Assembly: GCA_963720755.1 (NCBI GenBank)
Contig: CAVRGP010000013.1
Coordinates: forward strand, 32,001-96,000
Length of the DNA stretch: 64,000 nucleotides
Reading direction: 5' to 3'
From: an uncultured Chloroflexia bacterium
Lineage (GTDB): Bacteria > Chloroflexota > Limnocylindria > Limnocylindrales > CSP1-4
The stretch's first letter is position 1. Every line of letters begins with the position of its first letter. Positions 8,785 to 16,652 of the stretch are shown one piece after another. The notes under the pieces are model-generated. The model ran no database searches. It was not told the DNA's origin and was given only the letters and a program-made list of their open reading frames with translations. Made by a program: the position numbers and the translations under genes.

Positions 8785-9732
8785 ATGGACAGCCACAACG
8801 ATCTGCTCGGGGAGCTTGCGGCGGATGCCGCCCTCGAACGTTCCGACTTCATCGTCCAGTCGACCGAGCAACTGCACAAGTTCCTGAATCGCCACAAGGA
8901 TCGGATCGCCGTGCTCGGCGGACTGACCCTGATCGACGAGGAACCGGACTTCCTCGCGATCGCGCCGGATCTGTCGTTCCGGAGTCGGAGTCGCTACCTC
9001 GATGACCTGACCGGAGAATGGGTGAACGAGACCGAGGTCATCGAATCGGTCTCCGAGCTCGTCGAGCTCTACAACCCGGCCGACATCTTCGCGGCGTTCG
9101 GCGAGGCCTCCCGCGAGGCTGCCGGGCTGCCGGCCGAACCGACGGCCGAGGGCGACCTGCTCGAAGTCTCGGGGATCTCACCAGAAGAGGGCGTGTCGTC
9201 GGGTGAGGACCCGTACGCGGCGGCGGCGGATTCCTGGGCTGCCGGTCAGCCCGTGTCGCTCACCGAGGACGACGACGAGTCGGCCGCCCGGCGGTTGTAC
9301 GACCTCTCCCTCGAGTACCAGGAGCGGAGCCAGCGCAGCGAAGCGCGCCTGCTCGACGAGTTCGGGTCGGTGGCGGCGGGCCTGGTCACCGTGATCGGGG
9401 ACCTGATCATCGTCGACGACGAGGATGAGCGGCTGTCGATCACGGCGTCGGGTTTCAAGGCCGAGGTCATCCCGGAGGACAGCGACGACGAGTGGCGCAC
9501 GCTCAGTGGAGCCGACGAACTGGTCGAGTTCTACGACCCGACCGACGTCTTCGGGGACCTGGCCGACGCCCTCGCCGAGGCATTCCCGGCGGTCGCTCCA
9601 GAACTTGCCAAGGCGGACGGCGAGGAAGCGGGCGACGAGGCCGAGGACGCGGGCGACGACGGTGAGGAATCCGGCGACGACGCCGGGGAGGCCGACGACG
9701 CCGCGGATACCGAGGATGAGCCGACCGCGTGA
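8785..9732 (+). CDS. Highly acidic hypothetical protein with internal duplication
   Basis: GGAGG RBS; about 27% D+E by hand count; two ELVE(L/F)Y(N/D)PxD(I/V)F repeats; GTGA overlap with pyrK. Confidence 0.8.
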   Translation: MDSHNDLLGELAADAALERSDFIVQSTEQLHKFLNRHKDRIAVLGGLTLIDEEPDFLAIAPDLSFRSRSRYLDDLTGEWVNETEVIESVSELVELYNPADIFAAFGEASREAAGLPAEPTAEGDLLEVSGISPEEGVSSGEDPYAAAADSWAAGQPVSLTEDDDESAARRLYDLSLEYQERSQRSEARLLDEFGSVAAGLVTVIGDLIIVDDEDERLSITASGFKAEVIPEDSDDEWRTLSGADELVEFYDPTDVFGDLADALAEAFPAVAPELAKADGEEAGDEAEDAGDDGEESGDDAGEADDAADTEDEPTA

Positions 9733-10598
9733 CGATGCAGCTCGCGGCGGCGGAGCTGGTCGAGAGTCGGGAGATCCTGCCGGGCCAGTGGCTCCAGGCG
9801 TACCACGCCCCGAGCGTGGCCAGCGGCGCCCGGGCGGGCCAGTTCGTGCATGCGCGGCCGGGTGACTTCTCGGGCCTGATCCTGCGCCGCCCGTTCTCCC
9901 TCAACACGGTCGATCCGGCGACCGGCATCGTGACCATCCACTACCGCGTGATCGGACGCGGAACGGACTGGTTCACCCACCTCCGGCCGGGCGACACGGT
10001 CGACCTGCTCGGGCCGCTCGGTCGCCCGTTCGAAGTCGATCCACGCAGCCGCCATCTGTTGCTCATCGCCGGGGGGCTCGGGATGGCCGGGGTCCGGATG
10101 CTCGCCGACGAGGCGATCCGTGACGGGCGCCGGGTGACGTTGCTGTTCGGGGCAGCATCGGCTCGCGAGGTCTACCCGTCGAACCTGCTGCCCGACGAGG
10201 TCGAATACATCGTCGCGACCGATGACGGCAGCCTCGGCCACCACGGCTACGTGACCGAACTCGTCGGCGACTACGAGGCCTGGGCGGACCAGGCATTCGC
10301 CTGCGGCCCCGCACCGATGCTGGCGGCGCTCGCTCGATCGGTGGTCGGCCGCCAGGAACGGCTCGGCGTCGCCAAGCTCGGCCGGAAACGGGGTGGCGGC
10401 AAGACGGCACCTGCCGGGTCGCCGGCTGCCCGGCGCAAGGCATTCCTGCAGGTGTCGATGGAGCAGAACATGGGCTGTGCGGTCGGGGCGTGTCTCGGCT
10501 GCGTCGTCATGGGCACGTCGGGCGTGCCCCAGCGTGTCTGCCGAGAAGGACCGGTCTTCGCGGCCGAGGAGATCGCCTGGGACGGCGGCTGGTCATGA
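9729..10598 (+). CDS. pyrK: Dihydroorotate dehydrogenase electron transfer subunit
   Basis: AGQFV, LRRPFS, GPLGRPF, AGGLG, ACGP, EQNMGCAVGACLGC..VC. Confidence 0.92.
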   Translation: MTMQLAAAELVESREILPGQWLQAYHAPSVASGARAGQFVHARPGDFSGLILRRPFSLNTVDPATGIVTIHYRVIGRGTDWFTHLRPGDTVDLLGPLGRPFEVDPRSRHLLLIAGGLGMAGVRMLADEAIRDGRRVTLLFGAASAREVYPSNLLPDEVEYIVATDDGSLGHHGYVTELVGDYEAWADQAFACGPAPMLAALARSVVGRQERLGVAKLGRKRGGGKTAPAGSPAARRKAFLQVSMEQNMGCAVGACLGCVVMGTSGVPQRVCREGPVFAAEEIAWDGGWS

Positions 10599-10632
10599 GT
10601 GATCCCGACCACCTGGACGATCCCGCGAGATT

Positions 10633-10648
10633 CAGCAAATGCGATCAA
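10633..10648 (+). promoter_or_regulatory. Candidate AraC (mar/rob-box-like) binding site
   Basis: CAGCA-N7-TCAA upstream of CATCAT -10 of the AraC gene. Confidence 0.35.
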
Positions 10649-10682
10649 GCGTGACCGACGAGTCGGCGGCCATCATCCCGTC

Positions 10683-11600
10683 ATGACCGCTGCGAGCGAT
10701 ACCTTCGTCGCCTTTGTGGACGTCCTGGCGGACGCGCTGGACGATCACACCGCGATGGGCGAGGACCTCGCAGCGCGCCTGCACCTGTCGCGCTACCACT
10801 TCGATCGGATCATCGCGTCGGTCGCCGGCGAGCCACCAGCCACGTTCCGGCGTCGATTGCTCCTGGAGCGAGCCGCCTACCGGCTGTTGACGACGCGGCT
10901 CCGGATCATCGACATCGCGCTGGACGCCGGCTATGGATCGAACGAAGCGTTCTCGCGAGCCTTCGTGCGAGCCTACGGCACGACGCCAAGTCGTTGGCGG
11001 AGTCGACCGACTCAGACGCAGATCGAAGCCCCGAGCGACGTCCATTTCTATCCCCCCGGCGGGCTTCGCCTGCCGTCCAGAGCCAAGGAGACTGCCATGG
11101 ATCTCGTGACGAAGATGGTCGAACATCACGTCTGGCTGACCGGCGAATTCATCGACCGGGCAGCGCGCCTTGACGATGCCACGCTCGACAAGCCGATCGT
11201 CCTCTCGGTCGAAGGGCTCGACGACGACCCGACGCTCCGCTCGTTGCTGTCCCGATTGGTCGGCCAGATGGCGATGTGGAATGCAGCGATGGCCAGCCGC
11301 GACTATGACTGGTCGATCGAGGAACATGAGACCATCGCCTCGATGCAGCAGCGACTTGCGACCGAGGGCCCGACGTTCCTGGACCACGTCCGCGAGGTCT
11401 CCGGACAGGCACGGCTGGACGACACCTTCGTGGACGCGCTGTGCGAGCCGGTCGAGGTGTTCACCTATGGCGGGATGATCGCCCACGTCCTGACGTTCGC
11501 GGCCCATCGCCGGACGCTGGTCGCGGGGGCGATGATCGATGCCGGGGTCACCGACCTCGGGGCCGGCGATCCTCGACGGTGGGTCGAGCCGGCTGCATGA
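10683..11600 (+). CDS. AraC-family HTH fused to DinB-like four-helix domain
   Basis: LSRYHFDR, LLERAAYRL, AGYGSNEAFSRAF; C-terminal HVLTFAAHRR. Confidence 0.88.
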   Translation: MTAASDTFVAFVDVLADALDDHTAMGEDLAARLHLSRYHFDRIIASVAGEPPATFRRRLLLERAAYRLLTTRLRIIDIALDAGYGSNEAFSRAFVRAYGTTPSRWRSRPTQTQIEAPSDVHFYPPGGLRLPSRAKETAMDLVTKMVEHHVWLTGEFIDRAARLDDATLDKPIVLSVEGLDDDPTLRSLLSRLVGQMAMWNAAMASRDYDWSIEEHETIASMQQRLATEGPTFLDHVREVSGQARLDDTFVDALCEPVEVFTYGGMIAHVLTFAAHRRTLVAGAMIDAGVTDLGAGDPRRWVEPAA

Positions 11601-12556
11601 CCGACCTGACCGTCGATCTGGGGCGCGGTCTCGTCCTGCCCAACCCGATCCTCGTCGCGTCCGGGACATTCGGTTATGGCGTCGAATACGGCGACGTGGT
11701 CGATGTCGATCGGCTCGGCGGGATCTGCTGCAAGGGCACGACGCTCAAGGCCAGGATCGGCAACCCGACGCCGCGGGTCACCGAGACCCCGGGCGGGATG
11801 CTCAACTCGATCGGTCTCCAGAACCCCGGGGTCGATGCCGTGCTCGACAAGTACGCGGACACGTGGGCGAGCTGGAAGGTGCCGGTCATCGTCAATGTCG
11901 CCGGTGAATCGGTCCACGATTATGTCGAGGTCGCCCGCCGGCTCGACGGGGTCCCGGGCGTGGCCGCGATCGAGCTCAACATCTCGTGCCCGAACGTGGG
12001 GGCGGGCGGGCTCCAGTTCGCGATCGATGCCGGCGCGGCCGCGGAGGTGACCGCGGCGGTCCGCCGGGCGACGGTCCTGCCGCTGCTGGTCAAGCTGTCG
12101 CCGAACGTCGCCGATATCCGGCCGATCGCCCGGGCCATCGAGGACGCAGGGGCGGACGCCCTGACCGCGATCAATACCCTGTCCGGGATCGCCGTCGGGC
12201 CCGGCCGGCAGCGACCGCTCCTTGGCAACATCTACGGCGGCCTGAGCGGGCCGGCCGTGAAGCCTGTCGCCCTGCGCGTCGTCTACGAGGCGGCACAGGT
12301 CGTCGGGATCCCGGTGGTGGCCATCGGCGGCGTCACCGAACTGGCCGACGTCCTCGATTTCCTGGCCGTGGGTGCCGTGGCCGTCCAGGTCGGCACCGCG
12401 ATCTTCGCCGACCCGACGATCCCGGTCCGGCTCGTGGATGAGCTGGACGCGGAATGCGAACGGCGTGGGCTGAGCTCCTATCGCGACCTGATCGGGACGG
12501 CCCTGCCGGCCAAGGCGGGCAGGCCGTCGGCAAAGGGTGTCGAATACCGGCCGTAA
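11597..12556 (+). CDS. pyrD: Dihydroorotate dehydrogenase family 1B catalytic subunit
   Basis: NPILVASGTFG, GNPTPR, MLNSIGLQNPG, ELNISCPN, VKLSPN, GGLSGPAVKP. Confidence 0.95.
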   Translation: MTDLTVDLGRGLVLPNPILVASGTFGYGVEYGDVVDVDRLGGICCKGTTLKARIGNPTPRVTETPGGMLNSIGLQNPGVDAVLDKYADTWASWKVPVIVNVAGESVHDYVEVARRLDGVPGVAAIELNISCPNVGAGGLQFAIDAGAAAEVTAAVRRATVLPLLVKLSPNVADIRPIARAIEDAGADALTAINTLSGIAVGPGRQRPLLGNIYGGLSGPAVKPVALRVVYEAAQVVGIPVVAIGGVTELADVLDFLAVGAVAVQVGTAIFADPTIPVRLVDELDAECERRGLSSYRDLIGTALPAKAGRPSAKGVEYRP

Positions 12557-12631
12557 GCGTGTGGCTTGGGGCGCGGTCACGTTCCGCGGTCGTGTGCCGG
12601 CCTCCGTGACCGACCCGCGTAGACTCTTGGC

Positions 12632-13330
12632 ATGACCACCGTTCGACCGGCCCTCGACGCCGCCATGCGCAAGACGCTGGCGCTGCGCACCGAAGCCCTG
12701 TTTCGCAGTTCCGGAGCCTTCCGCGAGGGGCATTTCCTGCTCAAGAGCGGCCGCCATGGCGACGCGTACGTCGAGAAGTTCCAGGTCCTCCAGGATCCGG
12801 CCGCGACGAGCGAGCTGTGCGGCTACTTCGCGGCCCATGGCCGGGACGCCGAGGGAGGCACGATGGTGGACCTCGTCGCCGGCCCGACGACCGGCGGCAT
12901 CATCCTCGCGTTCGAGACCGCCCGCCATCTCCGTGTCCGGAGCATCTTCGCCGAGGAGGTCCGGACCGAAGACGGCACGACCCACAGGGAGTTCCGGCGA
13001 GGGTTCCGGATCGAACCCGGCGAGAAGGTCCTGCTCGTGGACGACATCCTGACGACCGGTGGCTCGCTCCTGGCCATGCTCCCGGCCATCGAGGCGATGG
13101 GCGGCGAGATCGTCGAGTGCGTCGTGCTGGTCGATCGGAGCGGGGGCCGAACGACGCTCACGTCACCGTCCAGCCGCCGGGTCTACCCCGTCCGCTCGCT
13201 GTGGCAATTGGATCTGCCGACGTACCAGCCGGGACCCGACTCCTGTCCGCGCTGCGCGGACGGGACGCCGCTCCATGCGCCGGGCAGTACCGGCACCGGC
13301 CCGGTCGGGGCAGCCCCGACCGGAGCCTGA
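12632..13330 (+). CDS. pyrE: Orotate phosphoribosyltransferase
   Basis: GHFLLKSGRH, LLVDDILTTGGS PRPP-binding loop. Confidence 0.93.
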   Translation: MTTVRPALDAAMRKTLALRTEALFRSSGAFREGHFLLKSGRHGDAYVEKFQVLQDPAATSELCGYFAAHGRDAEGGTMVDLVAGPTTGGIILAFETARHLRVRSIFAEEVRTEDGTTHREFRRGFRIEPGEKVLLVDDILTTGGSLLAMLPAIEAMGGEIVECVVLVDRSGGRTTLTSPSSRRVYPVRSLWQLDLPTYQPGPDSCPRCADGTPLHAPGSTGTGPVGAAPTGA

Positions 13331-13341
13331 CCGGCCGGGCG

Positions 13342-13701
13342 TTGGATCGACGGAGCCGGAACCTGTTCGCGGCGATCCTGATCGTCATCTTCGCCGCGAC
13401 GGCGGCGGTCGCCGTCCTGGGTGGGTCCGGCCCGTCGGCATCAGCTGCCCCGAGTGACGCGCCATCGGTCGTCGGGGTCGTCGTCGGGGTCGATTCCCAG
13501 GGGCTCGACAAGGTGTCCGGGTTCAGTCTCCGGACGACCGACCAGGGAACGCTCGAGTTCACGATCGGGGTCCTCGAGAACGGGGCCCAGTTCCCGCCCG
13601 GGCACCTGATCGAGCACCAGGCATCGGCCAGCCCGGTCCGGGTCTGGTATCGAGACCAGGACGGGGTGATGGTCGCGATCAGACTCGAGGATGCGACCTA
13701 G
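13342..13701 (+). CDS. Hypothetical membrane-anchored small beta protein with HLxEH motif
   Basis: TTG start, N-terminal hydrophobic helix, beta-rich C-terminus, PPGHLIEH. Confidence 0.7.
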   Translation: MDRRSRNLFAAILIVIFAATAAVAVLGGSGPSASAAPSDAPSVVGVVVGVDSQGLDKVSGFSLRTTDQGTLEFTIGVLENGAQFPPGHLIEHQASASPVRVWYRDQDGVMVAIRLEDAT

Positions 13702-13709
13702 CGGCTGGG

Positions 13710-14723
13710 TCAGCCGCCGGCGCTGATGACCGGCAGGATGGCGTCGAGTTCGGCCTGGCTGATCGTGACCCCGTAGGAGCCTTGCACGACGCCCTGGCGA
13801 TCGACCGCGAAGATCCACGGTTCCGCCAGCAGGCCCCACTGGTTGGTCGCGTCGGTGGCGATGAGTTGCCCATTCGCGTCGAGCACGGGCTGGAGCTGTC
13901 CGTCGACGTCGTGGAGCTTGTACGGCTCGACGTTGATGAAGGTCACGTTCGGATTGGCGGCGGCCACGGACTTGAGTGAATCGAGGGTCGGACCGCACTG
14001 GCCGGTCTGGCAGAACTTGGGTGTGGCGAAGATCAGCATGAACGGGTCATGGGCGGCGAGCGCGTCCGCCACCGACGTCTGGTAGAAGGCCGGATCCGGG
14101 CTCGGGTCGGTCGAGATCCTGGTGACGTCGCCACCGACGTCGGCGACCGTGGGCGTGACCGATGCGGGTGCCGGCTGGCCGACCGGGATCGTCGTCGGCG
14201 TATCGATGACCGCGAAGGTCAGGCGAACGGTCTCGGCCGGGGAGCCGGGCGCCTCGGTCGTGAATTCGGCACCCCAGGTCCCGGCCTCGGGCAGGTCGAC
14301 GTTGACGACGTACATCCCGCGGACGTCCGGGATCGTCCAGACGAACGCGCCCTGGGCCGTGGCCACGACCTTCTCCGGGTCCCGCGCCAGATCGTAGAAC
14401 GCGACCGAGGCCGTCCGGTCGGGCGCGCTGGCCACGTTGTTCTGACTGTCGAGGTACAGGAACAGGAGTCGGGTCTGTCCGCAGGTGATGGCCGAGGAAA
14501 CGAGGAACGGTGTGAGCGTCGGTGCCGTGGACGGGGTCCCCCAGCCGGCGACCTCGCCGACGTCGGGGGCGGAATCGCAGACCGCGTTCGCCGGCGTGGC
14601 AGACCCAGCGGCCGACGACGGCAGGGTCGTGCCACCTGCGGCCGGGGACGAGCTGGCGCCACCGCAGGCCGCCACGAGCAGGGCGACGAGCGACAGGCTG
14701 AGGGTCAGGCGTCGGGGGGACAT
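13710..14723 (-). CDS. Lipoprotein with C-terminal thioredoxin-like domain (CxxxxC)
   Basis: Lipobox LVAAC; FATPKFCQTGQCGP, FINVEPY, EPWIFAVD. Confidence 0.8.
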   Translation of the reverse strand: MSPRRLTLSLSLVALLVAACGGASSSPAAGGTTLPSSAAGSATPANAVCDSAPDVGEVAGWGTPSTAPTLTPFLVSSAITCGQTRLLFLYLDSQNNVASAPDRTASVAFYDLARDPEKVVATAQGAFVWTIPDVRGMYVVNVDLPEAGTWGAEFTTEAPGSPAETVRLTFAVIDTPTTIPVGQPAPASVTPTVADVGGDVTRISTDPSPDPAFYQTSVADALAAHDPFMLIFATPKFCQTGQCGPTLDSLKSVAAANPNVTFINVEPYKLHDVDGQLQPVLDANGQLIATDATNQWGLLAEPWIFAVDRQGVVQGSYGVTISQAELDAILPVISAGG

Positions 14724-14780
14724 CGCGGTCAGGGTATCGCGGGTGGCCGGAACGCGCCGTGGCGCTAGAATGGCGACTCC

Positions 14781-16643
14781 GTGAACCGCTTCCAGAAGCT
14801 CGCAGCTCTGACCCTGGCGACCGCCCTCGGGCTGGTGACCATCGGTGTCATCGTGCGCGCGACCGAGTCCGGTCTCGGGTGCCCCGACTGGCCGCTGTGT
14901 CACCAGCAGATCATCCCGCCACTCGATGACGCCAAGGCCTGGATCGAGTGGATCCACCGCTCCGTCGCGGTCCTCATCGGGTTCGAGATCCTGGCGCTCG
15001 CCATCCTGGCCATCCGCGACTATCGCGATCGCCGGTCCATCCTGTGGCCGTCCATCGGCGCGGTCGGCCTGGTCGGCTTCCAGGCCTGGCTCGGTCGCGA
15101 GACGGTCCGGCTCGGCAACAGCGGTGAATCGGTCACCGCGCATCTGGCGTCCGCCCTGATCCTGGTCGCCCTGCTCGTGTTCCTCACGGTCCGGGCCGGC
15201 TACCCGGCGAGGATCGGCGGCCGGGGCGGGAGTCAACGGTTCACCCTGCTGGCCGCGTTCACGACCGCGATCACCTTCGCGCTCCTGCTGTTCGGCTCGC
15301 ACGTGACGGCCACGTCGTCCGCCCTCGTCTTCCCGGATTGGCCGCTGATGGACGGATCGTTCTTCCCGGCGGTGACCGATGTGACCGCGGCCAATGTCCT
15401 GCATCGATGGGTGGCCGGGTTCGTCGGCCTCATCGTCGTTCTCCTCGCCGTCGTCGCCTGGCGAACCCAGCGCGGTCATCCGACGCTCGTCCGGCTGGCC
15501 GTCGGGGCCGCCGCCCTGTTCGCGATCCAGGTCGTCATCGGTGGCGCCCAGGTCCTCACCCAGCTGGCTGCCTGGACCCAGACCCTGCACCTGGCGCTGG
15601 GGGCGGTGATCTGGGCGATGCTCACCGGCCTGACGATCACGAGCTACTACACCGCCCGGATCGCAGCGCCCGCGGGATCGAGTCCGATCCCCGACGCCAG
15701 TGCGGGAACGCCGCCGCCACCCACCACCAAGGACACGATCCGGGCGTACATCGCGCTGACCAAGCCCAGGATCATCGAACTGCTGCTCGTGACGACCGTC
15801 CCGGCGATGGTCCTCGCCACCCGCGACCTGCCGGGCAACGCGGGTGGGGTCGACTGGGGCGACTGGGGCACCCTCGTCTTCTGGACGATGCTGGCAGGCA
15901 CGCTTGCGGCCGGCAGTGCGAACGCGATCAACTGCTATCTCGATCGCGACATCGACCTGCTGATGACCCGGACGCGCCGCCGCCCGCTGCCCGCCCACCA
16001 GGTGGAACCGGAACGCGCAGTCGTGTTCGGCCTCGTGCTCGGCGTCATCTCCTTCGTCGTGATGGCCTGGTTCGTCAACCTGACGGCCGCCTTCCTGACC
16101 CTGCTCGCGATCGCGTTCTACGTCATCGTCTACACGATCCTGCTGAAGCGATCGACGCCCCAGAACATCGTCATCGGCGGGGCCGCCGGGGCCCTCCCGC
16201 CGGTCATCGGCTGGGCCGCCGTGACTGGCAGTGTCGGTCTCCCCGCGATCATCCTGTTCCTGCTCGTCTTCTACTGGACGCCGCCCCACTTCTGGGCGCT
16301 GTCGCTCCGGATCCGCAAGGACTACGCGGCGGCCGGCGTCCCGATGCTGCCGGTGGTCAAGGGGATCCCGGAGACGACCCGGCAGATCGGCCTGTACACG
16401 ATCCTCATGGTCGCGATCTCGCTCGTCCTGTTCGCGGTCGGACGGATGGGTCTCATCTATCTCGTCGCCGCAGTGACCCTCGGGGCGATCTTCCTGTGGC
16501 AGGCCTACGGGTTGTGGCGTCGCGGCGCCTCCGAGGAGGCCTCCACCGCGGGCGCCATCCGTCTGTACAAGTACTCGATCAGCTACCTGAGCCTGCTGTT
16601 CCTCGCGGTCGCCATCGACGCCCTGGTGGTGATCCCGGTCTGA
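14781..16643 (+). CDS. ctaB: Heme A synthase (CtaA/COX15) - heme O synthase (CtaB/CyoE) fusion
   Basis: GLGCPDWPLC, EWIHR; then LTKPRII, DRDIDLLMTRTRRRP, LKRSTPQNIVIGGAAG, WTPPHFWAL. Confidence 0.93.
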   Translation: MNRFQKLAALTLATALGLVTIGVIVRATESGLGCPDWPLCHQQIIPPLDDAKAWIEWIHRSVAVLIGFEILALAILAIRDYRDRRSILWPSIGAVGLVGFQAWLGRETVRLGNSGESVTAHLASALILVALLVFLTVRAGYPARIGGRGGSQRFTLLAAFTTAITFALLLFGSHVTATSSALVFPDWPLMDGSFFPAVTDVTAANVLHRWVAGFVGLIVVLLAVVAWRTQRGHPTLVRLAVGAAALFAIQVVIGGAQVLTQLAAWTQTLHLALGAVIWAMLTGLTITSYYTARIAAPAGSSPIPDASAGTPPPPTTKDTIRAYIALTKPRIIELLLVTTVPAMVLATRDLPGNAGGVDWGDWGTLVFWTMLAGTLAAGSANAINCYLDRDIDLLMTRTRRRPLPAHQVEPERAVVFGLVLGVISFVVMAWFVNLTAAFLTLLAIAFYVIVYTILLKRSTPQNIVIGGAAGALPPVIGWAAVTGSVGLPAIILFLLVFYWTPPHFWALSLRIRKDYAAAGVPMLPVVKGIPETTRQIGLYTILMVAISLVLFAVGRMGLIYLVAAVTLGAIFLWQAYGLWRRGASEEASTAGAIRLYKYSISYLSLLFLAVAIDALVVIPV

Positions 16644-16652
16644 TCGGTCCGG

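Noticed and set aside
12574-12612. Inverted repeat CGGTCACG...CGTGACCG before pyrE as a PyrR attenuator
   Set aside because: No PyrR consensus loop or U tract, and it lies upstream of the pyrE -10
13710-16289. 859-aa ORF, and similar 5' over-extensions (3493-5754, 5751-7916, 35099-36166, 39329-41047, 47917-52083)
   Set aside because: Only the C-terminal parts are real genes; the extensions overlap other genes
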